A stretch of DNA of 64,000 bases, taken from NCBI GenBank assembly GCA_036559305.1, contig DATBTJ010000051.1, positions 1,129 through 65,128 on the forward strand, given 5' to 3'. Within the stretch, counting starts at the first letter, position 1, and each line of letters begins with the position of its first letter. Source of the stretch: Jatrophihabitans sp. Lineage in GTDB: Bacteria; Actinomycetota; Actinomycetes; Mycobacteriales; Jatrophihabitantaceae. Shown here one piece after another: positions 34,144-43,534 of the stretch. Both the position numbers and the translations under genes were made by a program. The notes under the pieces were generated by a model. It did not search any database. It was not told where the DNA came from and saw only the letters and a program-made list of their open reading frames with translations.

Positions 34144-34791
34144 ATGACGTACGGCCCACCCCCGGACGACGGGCAGCCGACCACCCGGTTCGGCAGCCCC
34201 TATCGCGACGAGTCCTACGGACAACCGGGCTACCCCCAGCAACAGGGCTACCCCCAGCAACAGGGCTACCCGCCGCAGCAGCGCCCGCCGCAGGGCCGGC
34301 GCGGCGAGCAGTACGCGAACGCCTACGGCGCGCCGGTCGGCAGCGGGGCGCAGTTCGGCGTGGTCGGCGCGACCCTCGCCGGCATCGGCTTCATCCTGCT
34401 GATCATCGCGCTCACCGCGGTGACGTGGTTCAAGCAGGGCGGGGTGTCGGCGAGCTTCAGTGACCTCAGCAGCACCCTGAGCAACAACACCAACGCGGCC
34501 GGGGTCGCCGGCGCCTACTTCGGCTGGCTGGCCTGGACCCTGGCCGTCGTCGGGCTCGTCGTCGCGGTGGCCGCCAACCTGCCCTCGCCGGCGTCGGGTC
34601 CGCTGCGCGCGCTCGGCGCCGTGCTCGCCGCGGCGGCGATCGCGTTCACCTTCCTCGCGGTCAAGCTCACCTCGTCCAGCACGGTGGGCTATTTCGACTA
34701 CTTCAAGCACGTCAACGTAGGCTTCTACCTCGCGGTGCTCGGGTTCCTGCTCATGGGGATCGGCGCCCTGGTGGGTCCCAAACGCAGCTGA
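34144..34791 (+). CDS. membrane protein with Q/P/G/Y-rich N-terminal tail (paralogue 1)
   Basis: N-terminus GYPQQQGYPQQQGYPPQQ followed by four TM helices. Similar topology to the next gene. Confidence 0.7.
   Translation: MTYGPPPDDGQPTTRFGSPYRDESYGQPGYPQQQGYPQQQGYPPQQRPPQGRRGEQYANAYGAPVGSGAQFGVVGATLAGIGFILLIIALTAVTWFKQGGVSASFSDLSSTLSNNTNAAGVAGAYFGWLAWTLAVVGLVVAVAANLPSPASGPLRALGAVLAAAAIAFTFLAVKLTSSSTVGYFDYFKHVNVGFYLAVLGFLLMGIGALVGPKRS
34228..34281 (+). repeat. 18-bp in-frame tandem repeat x3 (GYPQQQ units)
   Basis: GGCTACCCCCAGCAACAG twice exactly, then a diverged third unit GGCTACCCGCCGCAGCAG. Confidence 0.8.
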
Positions 34792-34866
34792 TCGCGACGT
34801 TCGAGCCGGTTACGCCACGCGGTTGATGCTGTGAGATCGCCGATCGGTCCGATAGCGTCGACGAAC

Positions 34867-35667
34867 ATGACGCAGCCGTACGGACAGCAGCCCCAGGAGC
34901 CCGGTCAGGGCCAACCGTCCAGCAACCCCCAGCAGCAGCCGTCCACCCCGCAGCAGCGTCCGCCCCAGCAGGGGCAGCCGGGCTACGGGCAACAGAACCA
35001 GCCCGGCTACGGGCAACAGAACCAGCCCGGCTACGGGCAGCAGAACTACGCGCCGCAGGGGTACCCGCCCGGTGCCGCCGCGACGACCAAGGGCCGGCCG
35101 AACGTCGCCGGGCTGGTCTTCGCGGTGATCGCGGCGGTGCTCGGCATCTTGTCGCTGTTCGTGTTCGGCTGGTACCGCAAGAACTACAGCAGCGTGAGCG
35201 GCGGCGCGCACACCAGCACCAGCTCGAAGTTCCACAACGTGCACGACGTCTTGACCCAGTTGCAGAACGCCATCGACGCCCACCCCGGCGCGGACAAGCT
35301 GATCCACCTCGGCGTCGCGCCGATCTATTTCAGCTGGCTCGGTTACCTGCTGATCCTCGCCGCGGTCGCGCTCGCGATCATCGCGTCGCTGCCGACCGGC
35401 GGGCTGGTCATGCTGTTCAAGGTGCTGACCGCGATCGTGTCCCTCGCCGGCATCGCCATCACCCTGTGGGCGATCAACCTGTTCTCCCTCGAGCCCGCCG
35501 CGCGCAGCCAGGTCACCGGCGGCACGCCGACCAGCTACGGCGCGTGGCTCAAGCACACCAGCTTCGGGGCGTGGGCGATGGGGCTGGCGTTCCTGCTGTG
35601 CCTGATCGCCGCGCTGATCCCGCCGAAGCGGGTCGCCGTGCTCACCGAGCCCGCCGGGCGGTACTGA
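34867..35667 (+). CDS. membrane protein with Q/P/G/Y-rich N-terminal tail (paralogue 2)
   Basis: MTQPYGQQPQEPGQGQ... QPGYGQQN x3, then four TM helices. The track ORF starts at 34831; the ATG at 34867 is preferred. Confidence 0.7.
   Translation: MTQPYGQQPQEPGQGQPSSNPQQQPSTPQQRPPQQGQPGYGQQNQPGYGQQNQPGYGQQNYAPQGYPPGAAATTKGRPNVAGLVFAVIAAVLGILSLFVFGWYRKNYSSVSGGAHTSTSSKFHNVHDVLTQLQNAIDAHPGADKLIHLGVAPIYFSWLGYLLILAAVALAIIASLPTGGLVMLFKVLTAIVSLAGIAITLWAINLFSLEPAARSQVTGGTPTSYGAWLKHTSFGAWAMGLAFLLCLIAALIPPKRVAVLTEPAGRY
34975..35046 (+). repeat. 24-bp in-frame tandem repeat x3 (QPGYGQQN units)
   Basis: Units at 34975-34998, 34999-35022 and 35023-35046 differ at only 1-2 positions. Confidence 0.85.
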
Positions 35668-35669
35668 CC

Positions 35670-36827
35670 TCAGGACCGTTCGTCGCCGGTGATCCCGAGC
35701 ACGAACAGCACGTCGTCGAAGAAGGGCACGTCGGGCCGCGCCGTCACCGCGACGGCGAGCCCGGCCGACGAGAGCAACCCGCGATCGTGTCGTCCGTCGC
35801 CGATCGCGACGGTCTGCGAGCGCGGTACCGCCTGCTGGTCGGCGTAGCGGGCCAGCGCGTCGACGGTCGTCCTGTCGTCGACGATCTCACCCACCAGGGC
35901 GCCGGTCAGCACGTCGTCGACGATCTCGAGCTCGTTGCCGGCGATCAGGTCGACGCCGAGTCCGCCCAGCACCGGTAGCGCCACGGCGCCGACACCGGTG
36001 GTGACCGCGCCGACCTGGTAGCCCAGCCGGCGCAGGGTGCTCACGAAGCGCTGCGCTCCGGGAACCGGACGGGCCCGATCGCGGATCGCGTCGAGGTGGT
36101 CGGCGGGCAGCCCCGCCAGCAGGCCGGCATGCGCGCGCAGCGCCTCGGACCGGCTGAGCTCGCCGGCGGCCGCGCGAGCGGCGAGCGCTGCCGACTGGGC
36201 CGCGAGCCCGTGGTGCTCGGCCAAGCGCTCGAGCGGGTCCGGCGCCTCGACCAGCAGGCCGAGACCGACGGCCACCAGGCGTTTGGCACTGCGCCGCAAC
36301 CGGACGTGCTCGACGGCGAGGCCGACCCCGGCGTGCGGGGCGGCTTCGACCAGCGCTGCCTGCAGGGCCCCGCCGTCGTCGGGCGTGCGAACCACCAGCT
36401 CGAGCGCCGAGACCGGCGCGGTCGAGAGCTGGCTGACGGTCTCGATGTTGCCGCCGGTATCGGCGATCAGTTGCGCGATGTGCCCGACGGCCCCCGAGCG
36501 CAGCGGGTGGCCCAGGACCACCACATGGCTGCGCGAGCCGTTCAGGCCGGCGAACAGGGCGCTGCCGGCCCGATCGGCGTCGTCGGCCACCACGATCTCG
36601 CACGCCATGCCCAGCGCCTCGGCGGCGCGGGCGATCGACTTGCGCAGCGCGGCGGAGTCGCCGCGCAGGTCGACCAGCACCGACAGGGTCAGCCGCTCGC
36701 GGATCACGCCTTGCTCGACGTCGCGCACGTCGACGTCGTGGGCGGCGAGCGCGGCGAAGAACGCCGCGGTGACGCCGGGACGGTCTCGGCCGGTCAGGGT
36801 CGCAAGGACGGGGGTCGGCCGCATCAC
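35670..36827 (-). CDS. serB: SerB2-like ACT-ACT-HAD protein (phosphoserine phosphatase homologue) with degenerate catalytic motif I
   Basis: N-terminal ACT (LTGRDRPGVTAAFFAALAAHDVDVRDVEQ). HAD motif IV retained as IGDGRHD. The expected DxDxT position reads GLGLL. Adjacent to ctaD, as serB2 is in mycobacteria. Confidence 0.8.
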   Translation of the reverse strand: MMRPTPVLATLTGRDRPGVTAAFFAALAAHDVDVRDVEQGVIRERLTLSVLVDLRGDSAALRKSIARAAEALGMACEIVVADDADRAGSALFAGLNGSRSHVVVLGHPLRSGAVGHIAQLIADTGGNIETVSQLSTAPVSALELVVRTPDDGGALQAALVEAAPHAGVGLAVEHVRLRRSAKRLVAVGLGLLVEAPDPLERLAEHHGLAAQSAALAARAAAGELSRSEALRAHAGLLAGLPADHLDAIRDRARPVPGAQRFVSTLRRLGYQVGAVTTGVGAVALPVLGGLGVDLIAGNELEIVDDVLTGALVGEIVDDRTTVDALARYADQQAVPRSQTVAIGDGRHDRGLLSSAGLAVAVTARPDVPFFDDVLFVLGITGDERS

Positions 36828-36890
36828 GCGTCCCTGCTCACGCCGGCCCCAGTGGGTCGGGCGACCGTCGCCGCGGCGGCGGTCGTCCGA

Positions 36891-38693
36891 TCACTCGGGG
36901 TCGGTGTCGCGCGCGCCTTCGCGCGGGCCGTGCGAGGAGACCGAGGAGCCGACCAGCTGCTCGGCGCGGGACGGGTGGCGGCGACCGGCGTGCGCTTCTT
37001 CCTCCAGCCGCGCCAGCAGGTGCGGGTAGTGGTGCTCGAAAGCCGGCCGCTCGGAACGGATGCGCGGGATCGACAGGAAGTTGTGCCGCGGCGGCGGGCT
37101 GGTGGTCGCCCACTCCAGCGAGTTGCCGTGACCCCACGGGTCGTCGGCGTCGGCGACCTCACCGAAGCGGTAGCTGCGGTACATGTTGTAGACGAACGGC
37201 AGCAGCGAGATGCCCAGGATGAACGCGCCGATGCTCGAGACCGTGTTCAGCGTGGTGAAGCCGTCACTGGGCAAGTAGTCGGCGTAGCGGCGCGGCATGC
37301 CCTCGGCGCCGAGCCAGTGCTGCACCAGGAAGGTGGTGTGGAAGCCGATGAAGGTGAGCCAGAAGTGCACCCGCCCGAGCTTCTCGTCGAGGTAGCGGCC
37401 GGTGAACTTCGGGAACCAGAAGTAGATGCCCGAGTAGACGGCGAACACGATCGTCCCGAACAGCACGTAGTGGAAGTGCGCCACCACGAAGTAGCTGTCC
37501 GACACATGGAAGTCCAGCGGCGGGCTGGCGAGCAGCACGCCGGTGAGGCCACCGAACAGGAAGGTCACCAGGAAGCCGAGAGCGAAGATCATCGGCGTCT
37601 CGAAGGTGACCGCACCGCGCCACATCGACCCGATCCAGTTGAAGAACTTGATGCCGGTCGGCACCGCGATCAGGAACGTCATGAAGGAGAAGAACGGCAG
37701 CAGCACCGCGCCGGTGGTGAACATGTGGTGGGCCCACACCGCGAGCGAGAGCGCCGCGATCGACAGCGTGGCGAAGACCATCCCCTTGTAGCCGAACAGC
37801 GGCTTGCGACTGAAGACCGGGATGACTTCGGTGATGATGCCGAAGAACGGCAACGCGATGATGTAGACCTCTGGGTGGCCGAAGAACCAGAACAGGTGCT
37901 GCCAGAGGATCGCGCCGTTGTTCTGGACGTCGAACACCTGCGCGCCCATGTGCCGGTCGATCCACAGCACCAGCAAGGCAGCGGTCAGGATCGGGAACGC
38001 GAGCAGGATCAGCAGACTGGTCACCAGGATGTTCCAGGTGAAGATCGGCATCCGGAACATCGTCATGCCCGGCGCCCGCAGCGTGATGACCGTGGTCACC
38101 ATGTTGACCGCGCCGAGGATCGTCCCGAGGCCCGCGACGGCCAGACCCATGATCCACAGGTCGGTGCCGGCTCCGGGCGAGTTCACGTCGTTACTCAGCG
38201 GTGTGTACAGCGTCCAGCCGGCGTCTGCCGCGCCACCGGGGGTGAGGAAACCGCCGACGGCCATCAGCGCGCCGAACAGGTAGAGCCAGTAGGAGAACGC
38301 GTTCAACCGCGGGAACGCGACGTCGGGCGAGCCGATCTGCAGCGGGAGCACCAGGTTCGCGAACGCGAACACGATCGGCGTCGCGAAGAACAGCAACATG
38401 ATCGTGCCGTGCATCGTGACCAACTGGTTGTACTGCTCCGGCGCGAGGAACTGCATGCCGGGACGGGCGAGCTCGCCTCGGATCAGCAGCGCCATCACGC
38501 CGCCGACCGCGAAGAAGATCAGCGACGTCACCATGTACATCCGGCCGATCATCTTGTGATCGGTCGTGCGGAGCATCCTGCTGAACAGGGAGCCCTTCTG
38601 GAACTCGGCCACGGGGAACGGGCGCGAGACGATCGGTTCGGGACCGGACCCCTCGGGCGAAGCGGCCGGGGGCCGCTCTGCGGTTGTCGTCAC
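36891..38693 (-). CDS. ctaD: cytochrome c oxidase (aa3) subunit I
   Basis: [19 protein letters not shown] and HFHYVLFG haem/Cu ligand motifs. In-frame GTG at 38693 chosen as the start. Confidence 0.92.
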   Translation of the reverse strand: MTTTAERPPAASPEGSGPEPIVSRPFPVAEFQKGSLFSRMLRTTDHKMIGRMYMVTSLIFFAVGGVMALLIRGELARPGMQFLAPEQYNQLVTMHGTIMLLFFATPIVFAFANLVLPLQIGSPDVAFPRLNAFSYWLYLFGALMAVGGFLTPGGAADAGWTLYTPLSNDVNSPGAGTDLWIMGLAVAGLGTILGAVNMVTTVITLRAPGMTMFRMPIFTWNILVTSLLILLAFPILTAALLVLWIDRHMGAQVFDVQNNGAILWQHLFWFFGHPEVYIIALPFFGIITEVIPVFSRKPLFGYKGMVFATLSIAALSLAVWAHHMFTTGAVLLPFFSFMTFLIAVPTGIKFFNWIGSMWRGAVTFETPMIFALGFLVTFLFGGLTGVLLASPPLDFHVSDSYFVVAHFHYVLFGTIVFAVYSGIYFWFPKFTGRYLDEKLGRVHFWLTFIGFHTTFLVQHWLGAEGMPRRYADYLPSDGFTTLNTVSSIGAFILGISLLPFVYNMYRSYRFGEVADADDPWGHGNSLEWATTSPPPRHNFLSIPRIRSERPAFEHHYPHLLARLEEEAHAGRRHPSRAEQLVGSSVSSHGPREGARDTDPE

Positions 38694-38735
38694 TGCTGAA
38701 AACCTCGCTGTTCGACGCGGTCTCGTGATCAGCGT

Positions 38736-38765
38736 TGTCCCGCTTGATCGGCGGTGTCCCGCTTG
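38736..38765. repeat. 11-bp direct repeat pair upstream of ctaD
   Basis: TGTCCCGCTTG at 38736-38746 and 38755-38765, 19-bp spacing, 40-70 nt upstream of the proposed ctaD start. Confidence 0.5.
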
Positions 38766-38969
38766 GGCCGAGGATAGTCGCCCGCCCGGACCCGCCTTCA
38801 ACCGGTCGCGGGCGGACCGCGGTGCGGCCGGGCGAACTGCCCGCCTGATCGACATCCCCTAATGTGACGAGACATTTCCGGATATGCGCCGGTCATGTCA
38901 AAATTGTGTCAAGTCTCGTTCGGCGTGGCAGCCGAGAAGATCCGTGAGCCGTACTGAGGGGGAACGTCA

Positions 38970-41900
38970 GTGGCCGGACCACGCCGGCGCGCCCGCCCCC
39001 AGGGTGCGGGCAGTGCGTTTCGTCCCAGCGCCCCCAACCCGGCCGCGGGACACGCCCCGTCGCGCACCCAGACCATCGCGCTGCTGTGCGGGCTGGTGCT
39101 CGTGGCGGCCGGCATCGCGGCGGTGTCCTACCTCGTCAAACCGGCCACGGCCCGCTCGTTCAACCTCTTCTACGGCTCGGTGTACCTCGACGACAACACC
39201 TCGCCGGTCGCGGTCGACCTGGCCAGCGGCAAGCCCACCGTCCGGCTAGCCAACGCCTTCACGGCGGTGTCGGCCAAGGCTCCCGAGGACATCAACGCCT
39301 ATCCGCTCGACGGTGGCAACACCCTGCTGCTCGACCCGGCCACCGGCGAGTTCAACATGGTCGACAGCACCGGTTTCGTGATCAAGTCCAGCGACGGCGG
39401 GGTGCCGTTGCCGAAGGCGGACGGACCGACGACCTCGACGGCCGTCCCCGCGGGCTCGTCGGCCTACATCGTGCGGCGCAGCAGCGACGCGACCTCGGTC
39501 TACCTCGTCGGGGCAGCCACCGTCTCGGCCTCGTTCGGATCCCGTTCGGGCACCAAGGCCCGCGCCTACGCGACCCTGCCCGCGCCGGTGTCGACCGATC
39601 CGGTGCCCGTCGCGGACGCGGGCGGCGCGCTGTGGATGCTCACCCGGGACGGCGGCCAGACGCGGCGCATCACCGAACTCACCGTCCCGCCCGGCAGCAA
39701 CGCCGGCGTCACCCTCACCGCGACCGCCCGCGGCACCGTCACCGGCCCGGCCGCGGTCGCCTCGGCGACCAGCGACCCCCTCGGCACGGGCAGCTCGGGC
39801 GACGCGGCGGTCGGCGTCGCATCGGCGGACTCGGTCGCCGTCTTCCGCGGCTCGGACCGCACCCGCGTGCCGGTGTCGGCGGGACCCGGCGTGGACACGA
39901 TCCTGCCGGCCACCAACGCGCACGGCGCGCTGGTGTTCCTCTACCACTCGAGCACCGGCTGGAGCCTGGTCAGCGTGCCGGCCACGGCCGGCACGCTCGC
40001 GCAGGTCCATCCGTTGCGCGCGATCCCGGCCGACGCCCGGCTCGCGAGGCCGGCCGCCAGCGACGGCAGCACCTACACGATGGACACCGCGCGGGGCAGC
40101 CTCTGGCAGATCGGCGCCTCCGGCGCCGCCGAGCAGGTCCCGGGCGCGGCGAGCTACCCGCTCAAGCGCGGCGAGAAGGCGCAGTTCGACGCCACCGAGG
40201 TGCTCGCCGACGGCGGCCGGGTGATCTTCAACAGCCGTGCCAACCTGCAGGCCGAAGTCGTGTTCAGCGACGGCTCGCACGCGCCGCGCACGATCGACAA
40301 GCACGCCGCCGTCCAGGTCGACCCGTCCGGCGCGACGGCGCTGGCCGACGCCCACACGAAGGGCCAGAAGGCGCAGAAGGGCAAGACCCACAAGCCCGTC
40401 AAGGCGCCCAAGCAGCCCACCCAGACGATCAACGACAAGATCGACTGCAAGGTGGCCAAGCAGGTGCCCCGCGTGCCCACGCTGGTCGCCGGCGACCGCG
40501 CCGCGCGCTCGATCAGCCTGAACTGGATCTACCAGAAGCTCGACCCGTCCGACTGCTACCCCTCGACCTACGTCGTCGACATCAAGGTGCTCTCGTCCAA
40601 CGCACCGTCGCCGCCGTCCGGGCAGGTGACCGTCCAGGGCCAGGACGGCGTGACGCTCACGCACCTGTTCCCCGCGACCGAGTACGAGCTGACGGTCACG
40701 GCCTTCATCAACACCGAGCACACCACGTCCGCCCCGATCCGGGTCACCACCGGACCCGAAGGCCCGGCCGCACCGACCGGGGTGCGTGCCAGTGCCGACA
40801 GCTCGGGGAACTGGACGGTGTCCTGGAACTCCTGCGGCGGCATCGCGCAGGGCTGCGTGCCGAGCGCGACCTGGTACCTCATCCCGAGCTTCTGCGACGG
40901 ACGCGGGCTGTCCGGGGCCCCGGCGAAGGTCACCGTGCCCGGCGACCCGACCCAGCACTCGTTCAGCCACGTCTACACCGGCGGCACGGCGCTGCTCGGT
41001 CGGGCCATGTGTTTCCAGGTCCAGGGCGTGAGCCCGCAGGGCACGATCGGGACGACGAGCGCGACGTCGGCGCCGGCCTTCAGCTGGACCACTCCGCTGG
41101 CCGGCGCTCTGCAGCTGCACGCCTCGCAGCCGGCGAACACCACCTTCGGCGGGACCACCACCACCACCGTCGACCTCGACCTCGGAGCCGACCCGACCCG
41201 CGACGTCGGCGGCATCGGGGCGAGCATCACTCTCAAGCTGACCGGACCGGGCGGCGCGCAGACCAAGTCCGTCGTCTGGGACGGGCGCACCGACCGGGTG
41301 TCCGAGCAGTTCGCGGGCATCAAGGCCGGCGCGCAGTACACAGCCACCGCGACCATCGCTCCCCCGCGGCACCCGGCCGACGCCGTGAGCGTCGGCCCGG
41401 CCACCGTGACCACCCGCGCGAGCTGGCCGGCGCTGTCGGCCCAGGCGTCCTGCCCGGCCGGCAACGGCCCGGTGACCCTCAGCTGCACGCTGGTCGTGCG
41501 GATGTCCGGCCCGTCCAGCGCCCAGGCCGGCGGCGAGCGGTTCGACCTGACCAACAGCAGCCTGACCTGCGGTGGCGGCAACAGCGCCAAGCCGCTCACC
41601 AAGTACGGCTTCGACCCCGCCAACGAGGCGATCACCGCCTCGGTCGATCTGCTCACCTACAACGGCTCGTGCACGGTGACGGTGCAGCTGAAGGAGTCCG
41701 CGCATGGCAGCGCCCCGCTCGTGTTCGGCGGCACGTCCTCGCCCGTGGTGACCGAGCCGGTCGACCTCGGTCACGCGACCACCCTCGACGCCGGTCAGGG
41801 CGACTTCAGCGCGCAGTGGGACAGCCACGACGGCTCCAGCGCCCTCGTCCGCTACACCGGCAACCACAGCGACAGCGACCTGGCGCAGATCACCCAGGGC

Positions 41901-42524
41901 TGGCAGGAGTCGCTCGCCGCCCCGAACGGCACGCCCTGCGGTTCGGGGAGCCAGCAGCCCACCCACGGCGGCATCTACGTCGACGTGAACCCGGCCGGCT
42001 GCGTCAACCTCTACGGCAACCAGGGCGGCTGGCAGGTCACGATCAGCTACTACGACAAGGGCACGGCGAACCAACACTCCTTCACCTACACGCTGGACGG
42101 CACGCCACCGGGCTACATTCCCTGTCAGGTGTCCGGCTCGAACTTCGCCGCCGCCTGGGACCAGAACTCCGACCCGAACAACCCGACCGTGACCGTCGAC
42201 TACACCAAGAACAACGGTGACAAGCTCGACGGCTGTTCGAACTGGAACTACACCATCGTCAAGAACGCCGTGCAGGGTTGCGGTTCGGCCGAGCCCAACG
42301 GCGGCAGCCCGGACCACGGCAACGGCCAGACCACCGTGCAGTCGAACTGCGACACCCAAGCGCTCGGCCTGAACTTCTCGCTGCGCATCGACTTCACCCG
42401 TCCCGACGGCTCCGGCGATTCGTACACGATCAACGTGTCGGGCTCGCCACCCCAACCGACCCCGACCCCCACGCCGACCACCCCGACCCCCACGCCGACG
42501 ACTCCCTCCCCGACGCCGACGTGA
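38970..42524 (+). CDS. giant membrane-anchored extracellular protein with FN3-like and Cys-paired Ig-like domains and a terminal Pro/Thr tail
   Basis: GTG start with GAGGGGGA upstream. Single TM (IALLCGLVLVAAGIAAVSYLV). FN3 signature ISLNWIY...ATEYELTVTAF. Many paired Cys. Ends in PPQPTPTPTPTTPTPTPTTPSPTPT. Confidence 0.8.
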   Translation: MAGPRRRARPQGAGSAFRPSAPNPAAGHAPSRTQTIALLCGLVLVAAGIAAVSYLVKPATARSFNLFYGSVYLDDNTSPVAVDLASGKPTVRLANAFTAVSAKAPEDINAYPLDGGNTLLLDPATGEFNMVDSTGFVIKSSDGGVPLPKADGPTTSTAVPAGSSAYIVRRSSDATSVYLVGAATVSASFGSRSGTKARAYATLPAPVSTDPVPVADAGGALWMLTRDGGQTRRITELTVPPGSNAGVTLTATARGTVTGPAAVASATSDPLGTGSSGDAAVGVASADSVAVFRGSDRTRVPVSAGPGVDTILPATNAHGALVFLYHSSTGWSLVSVPATAGTLAQVHPLRAIPADARLARPAASDGSTYTMDTARGSLWQIGASGAAEQVPGAASYPLKRGEKAQFDATEVLADGGRVIFNSRANLQAEVVFSDGSHAPRTIDKHAAVQVDPSGATALADAHTKGQKAQKGKTHKPVKAPKQPTQTINDKIDCKVAKQVPRVPTLVAGDRAARSISLNWIYQKLDPSDCYPSTYVVDIKVLSSNAPSPPSGQVTVQGQDGVTLTHLFPATEYELTVTAFINTEHTTSAPIRVTTGPEGPAAPTGVRASADSSGNWTVSWNSCGGIAQGCVPSATWYLIPSFCDGRGLSGAPAKVTVPGDPTQHSFSHVYTGGTALLGRAMCFQVQGVSPQGTIGTTSATSAPAFSWTTPLAGALQLHASQPANTTFGGTTTTTVDLDLGADPTRDVGGIGASITLKLTGPGGAQTKSVVWDGRTDRVSEQFAGIKAGAQYTATATIAPPRHPADAVSVGPATVTTRASWPALSAQASCPAGNGPVTLSCTLVVRMSGPSSAQAGGERFDLTNSSLTCGGGNSAKPLTKYGFDPANEAITASVDLLTYNGSCTVTVQLKESAHGSAPLVFGGTSSPVVTEPVDLGHATTLDAGQGDFSAQWDSHDGSSALVRYTGNHSDSDLAQITQGWQESLAAPNGTPCGSGSQQPTHGGIYVDVNPAGCVNLYGNQGGWQVTISYYDKGTANQHSFTYTLDGTPPGYIPCQVSGSNFAAAWDQNSDPNNPTVTVDYTKNNGDKLDGCSNWNYTIVKNAVQGCGSAEPNGGSPDHGNGQTTVQSNCDTQALGLNFSLRIDFTRPDGSGDSYTINVSGSPPQPTPTPTPTTPTPTPTTPSPTPT
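42459..42500 (+). repeat. 21-bp direct repeat x2 encoding the PT tail
   Basis: ACCCCGACCCCCACGCCGAC occurs at 42459-42478 and 42480-42499. Confidence 0.75.
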
Positions 42525-42537
42525 CCAGGAGCCAGCC

Positions 42538-43509
42538 ATGACCAGCACCAGAACCGAGGCGGTCGCCCACGTCGCCCGCGCGGTGGAACGACTGTCGACC
42601 AACATCGGCTATGTCATCCAGGGCAAGCCCGAGGTGATCCACAACGCCGTCGTCTGCCTGCTCGCCGAGGGGCATCTGCTGCTCGAGGACGTCCCCGGCA
42701 CCGGCAAGACCTCGCTGGCCCGCGCGATCGCGACCTCGCTCTCGGTGTCGTGGAACCGCGTGCAGTTCACGCCCGACCTGTTGCCCTCCGACGTCACCGG
42801 CGTGTCGATCTACAACCAGGGCCGCAACGAGTTCGAGTTCAAGCACGGGCCGATCTTCGCCAACATCGTCGTGGCCGACGAGATCAACCGCGCCTCGCCG
42901 AAGACCCAGTCGGCGCTGCTCGAGGTCATGGAAGAAGGCACCCTCTCCAACGACGCGATCGTCTACCCGATGCCGCGGCCGTTCATGGTGATCGCGACGC
43001 AGAACCCGATCGACATGGAGGGCACCTACGTCCTGCCCGAGGCACAGCTCGATCGGTTCCTGATGAAGCTGACCGTCGGCTACCCCGACGCCGAGGCCGA
43101 GGCCGCGGTGCTGCGGACGCAGAAGATGGGCCCCACCGTCGACCAACTGCTGCCGGTGCTGTCGGCCAACGACATGACGTCCATGATCGACACGGTGCGC
43201 CACGTCGAGATCGCGCCGGCGCTCGAGCACTACATCGTGGCGATCGTCGCGGCGACGCGCTCGATGTCCGAGCTGCGGCTGGGCGTCTCGCCCCGCGGCA
43301 GCCTCGCCCTGCTGCGGGCGGCACGCGCCTACGCGGCGTCGATCGGGCGGGCCTACGTCATCCCCGAGGACGTCAAGCAGATGGCGCCGATCGTGCTCGC
43401 ACACCGCGTGATCCTGCAGCCGGACGCGGAGTTGCAGGGGCGCACCGGCCCCGAGCTCATCGCGCGTGCGCTGCAGACCGTCCCGGTGCCGCGCGGCCCC
43501 GAGTCCTGA
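42538..43509 (+). CDS. moxR: MoxR-family AAA+ ATPase
   Basis: Walker A EDVPGTGKTSLA, Walker B VVADEINRASPKTQSALLEVMEE, and the QNPIDMEGTY motif. AGGAG lies upstream. Confidence 0.92.
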   Translation: MTSTRTEAVAHVARAVERLSTNIGYVIQGKPEVIHNAVVCLLAEGHLLLEDVPGTGKTSLARAIATSLSVSWNRVQFTPDLLPSDVTGVSIYNQGRNEFEFKHGPIFANIVVADEINRASPKTQSALLEVMEEGTLSNDAIVYPMPRPFMVIATQNPIDMEGTYVLPEAQLDRFLMKLTVGYPDAEAEAAVLRTQKMGPTVDQLLPVLSANDMTSMIDTVRHVEIAPALEHYIVAIVAATRSMSELRLGVSPRGSLALLRAARAYAASIGRAYVIPEDVKQMAPIVLAHRVILQPDAELQGRTGPELIARALQTVPVPRGPES

Positions 43510-43534
43510 CGCGCGGACGACCGGGAACCCAGCG

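Noticed and set aside
38884-39249. 121-aa ORF overlapping the start of the giant gene in another frame
   Set aside because: Its translation is Arg/Pro-rich and low in information. The alternative frame (38970 start) has a good RBS and continues into a TM helix and a long domain-containing protein.
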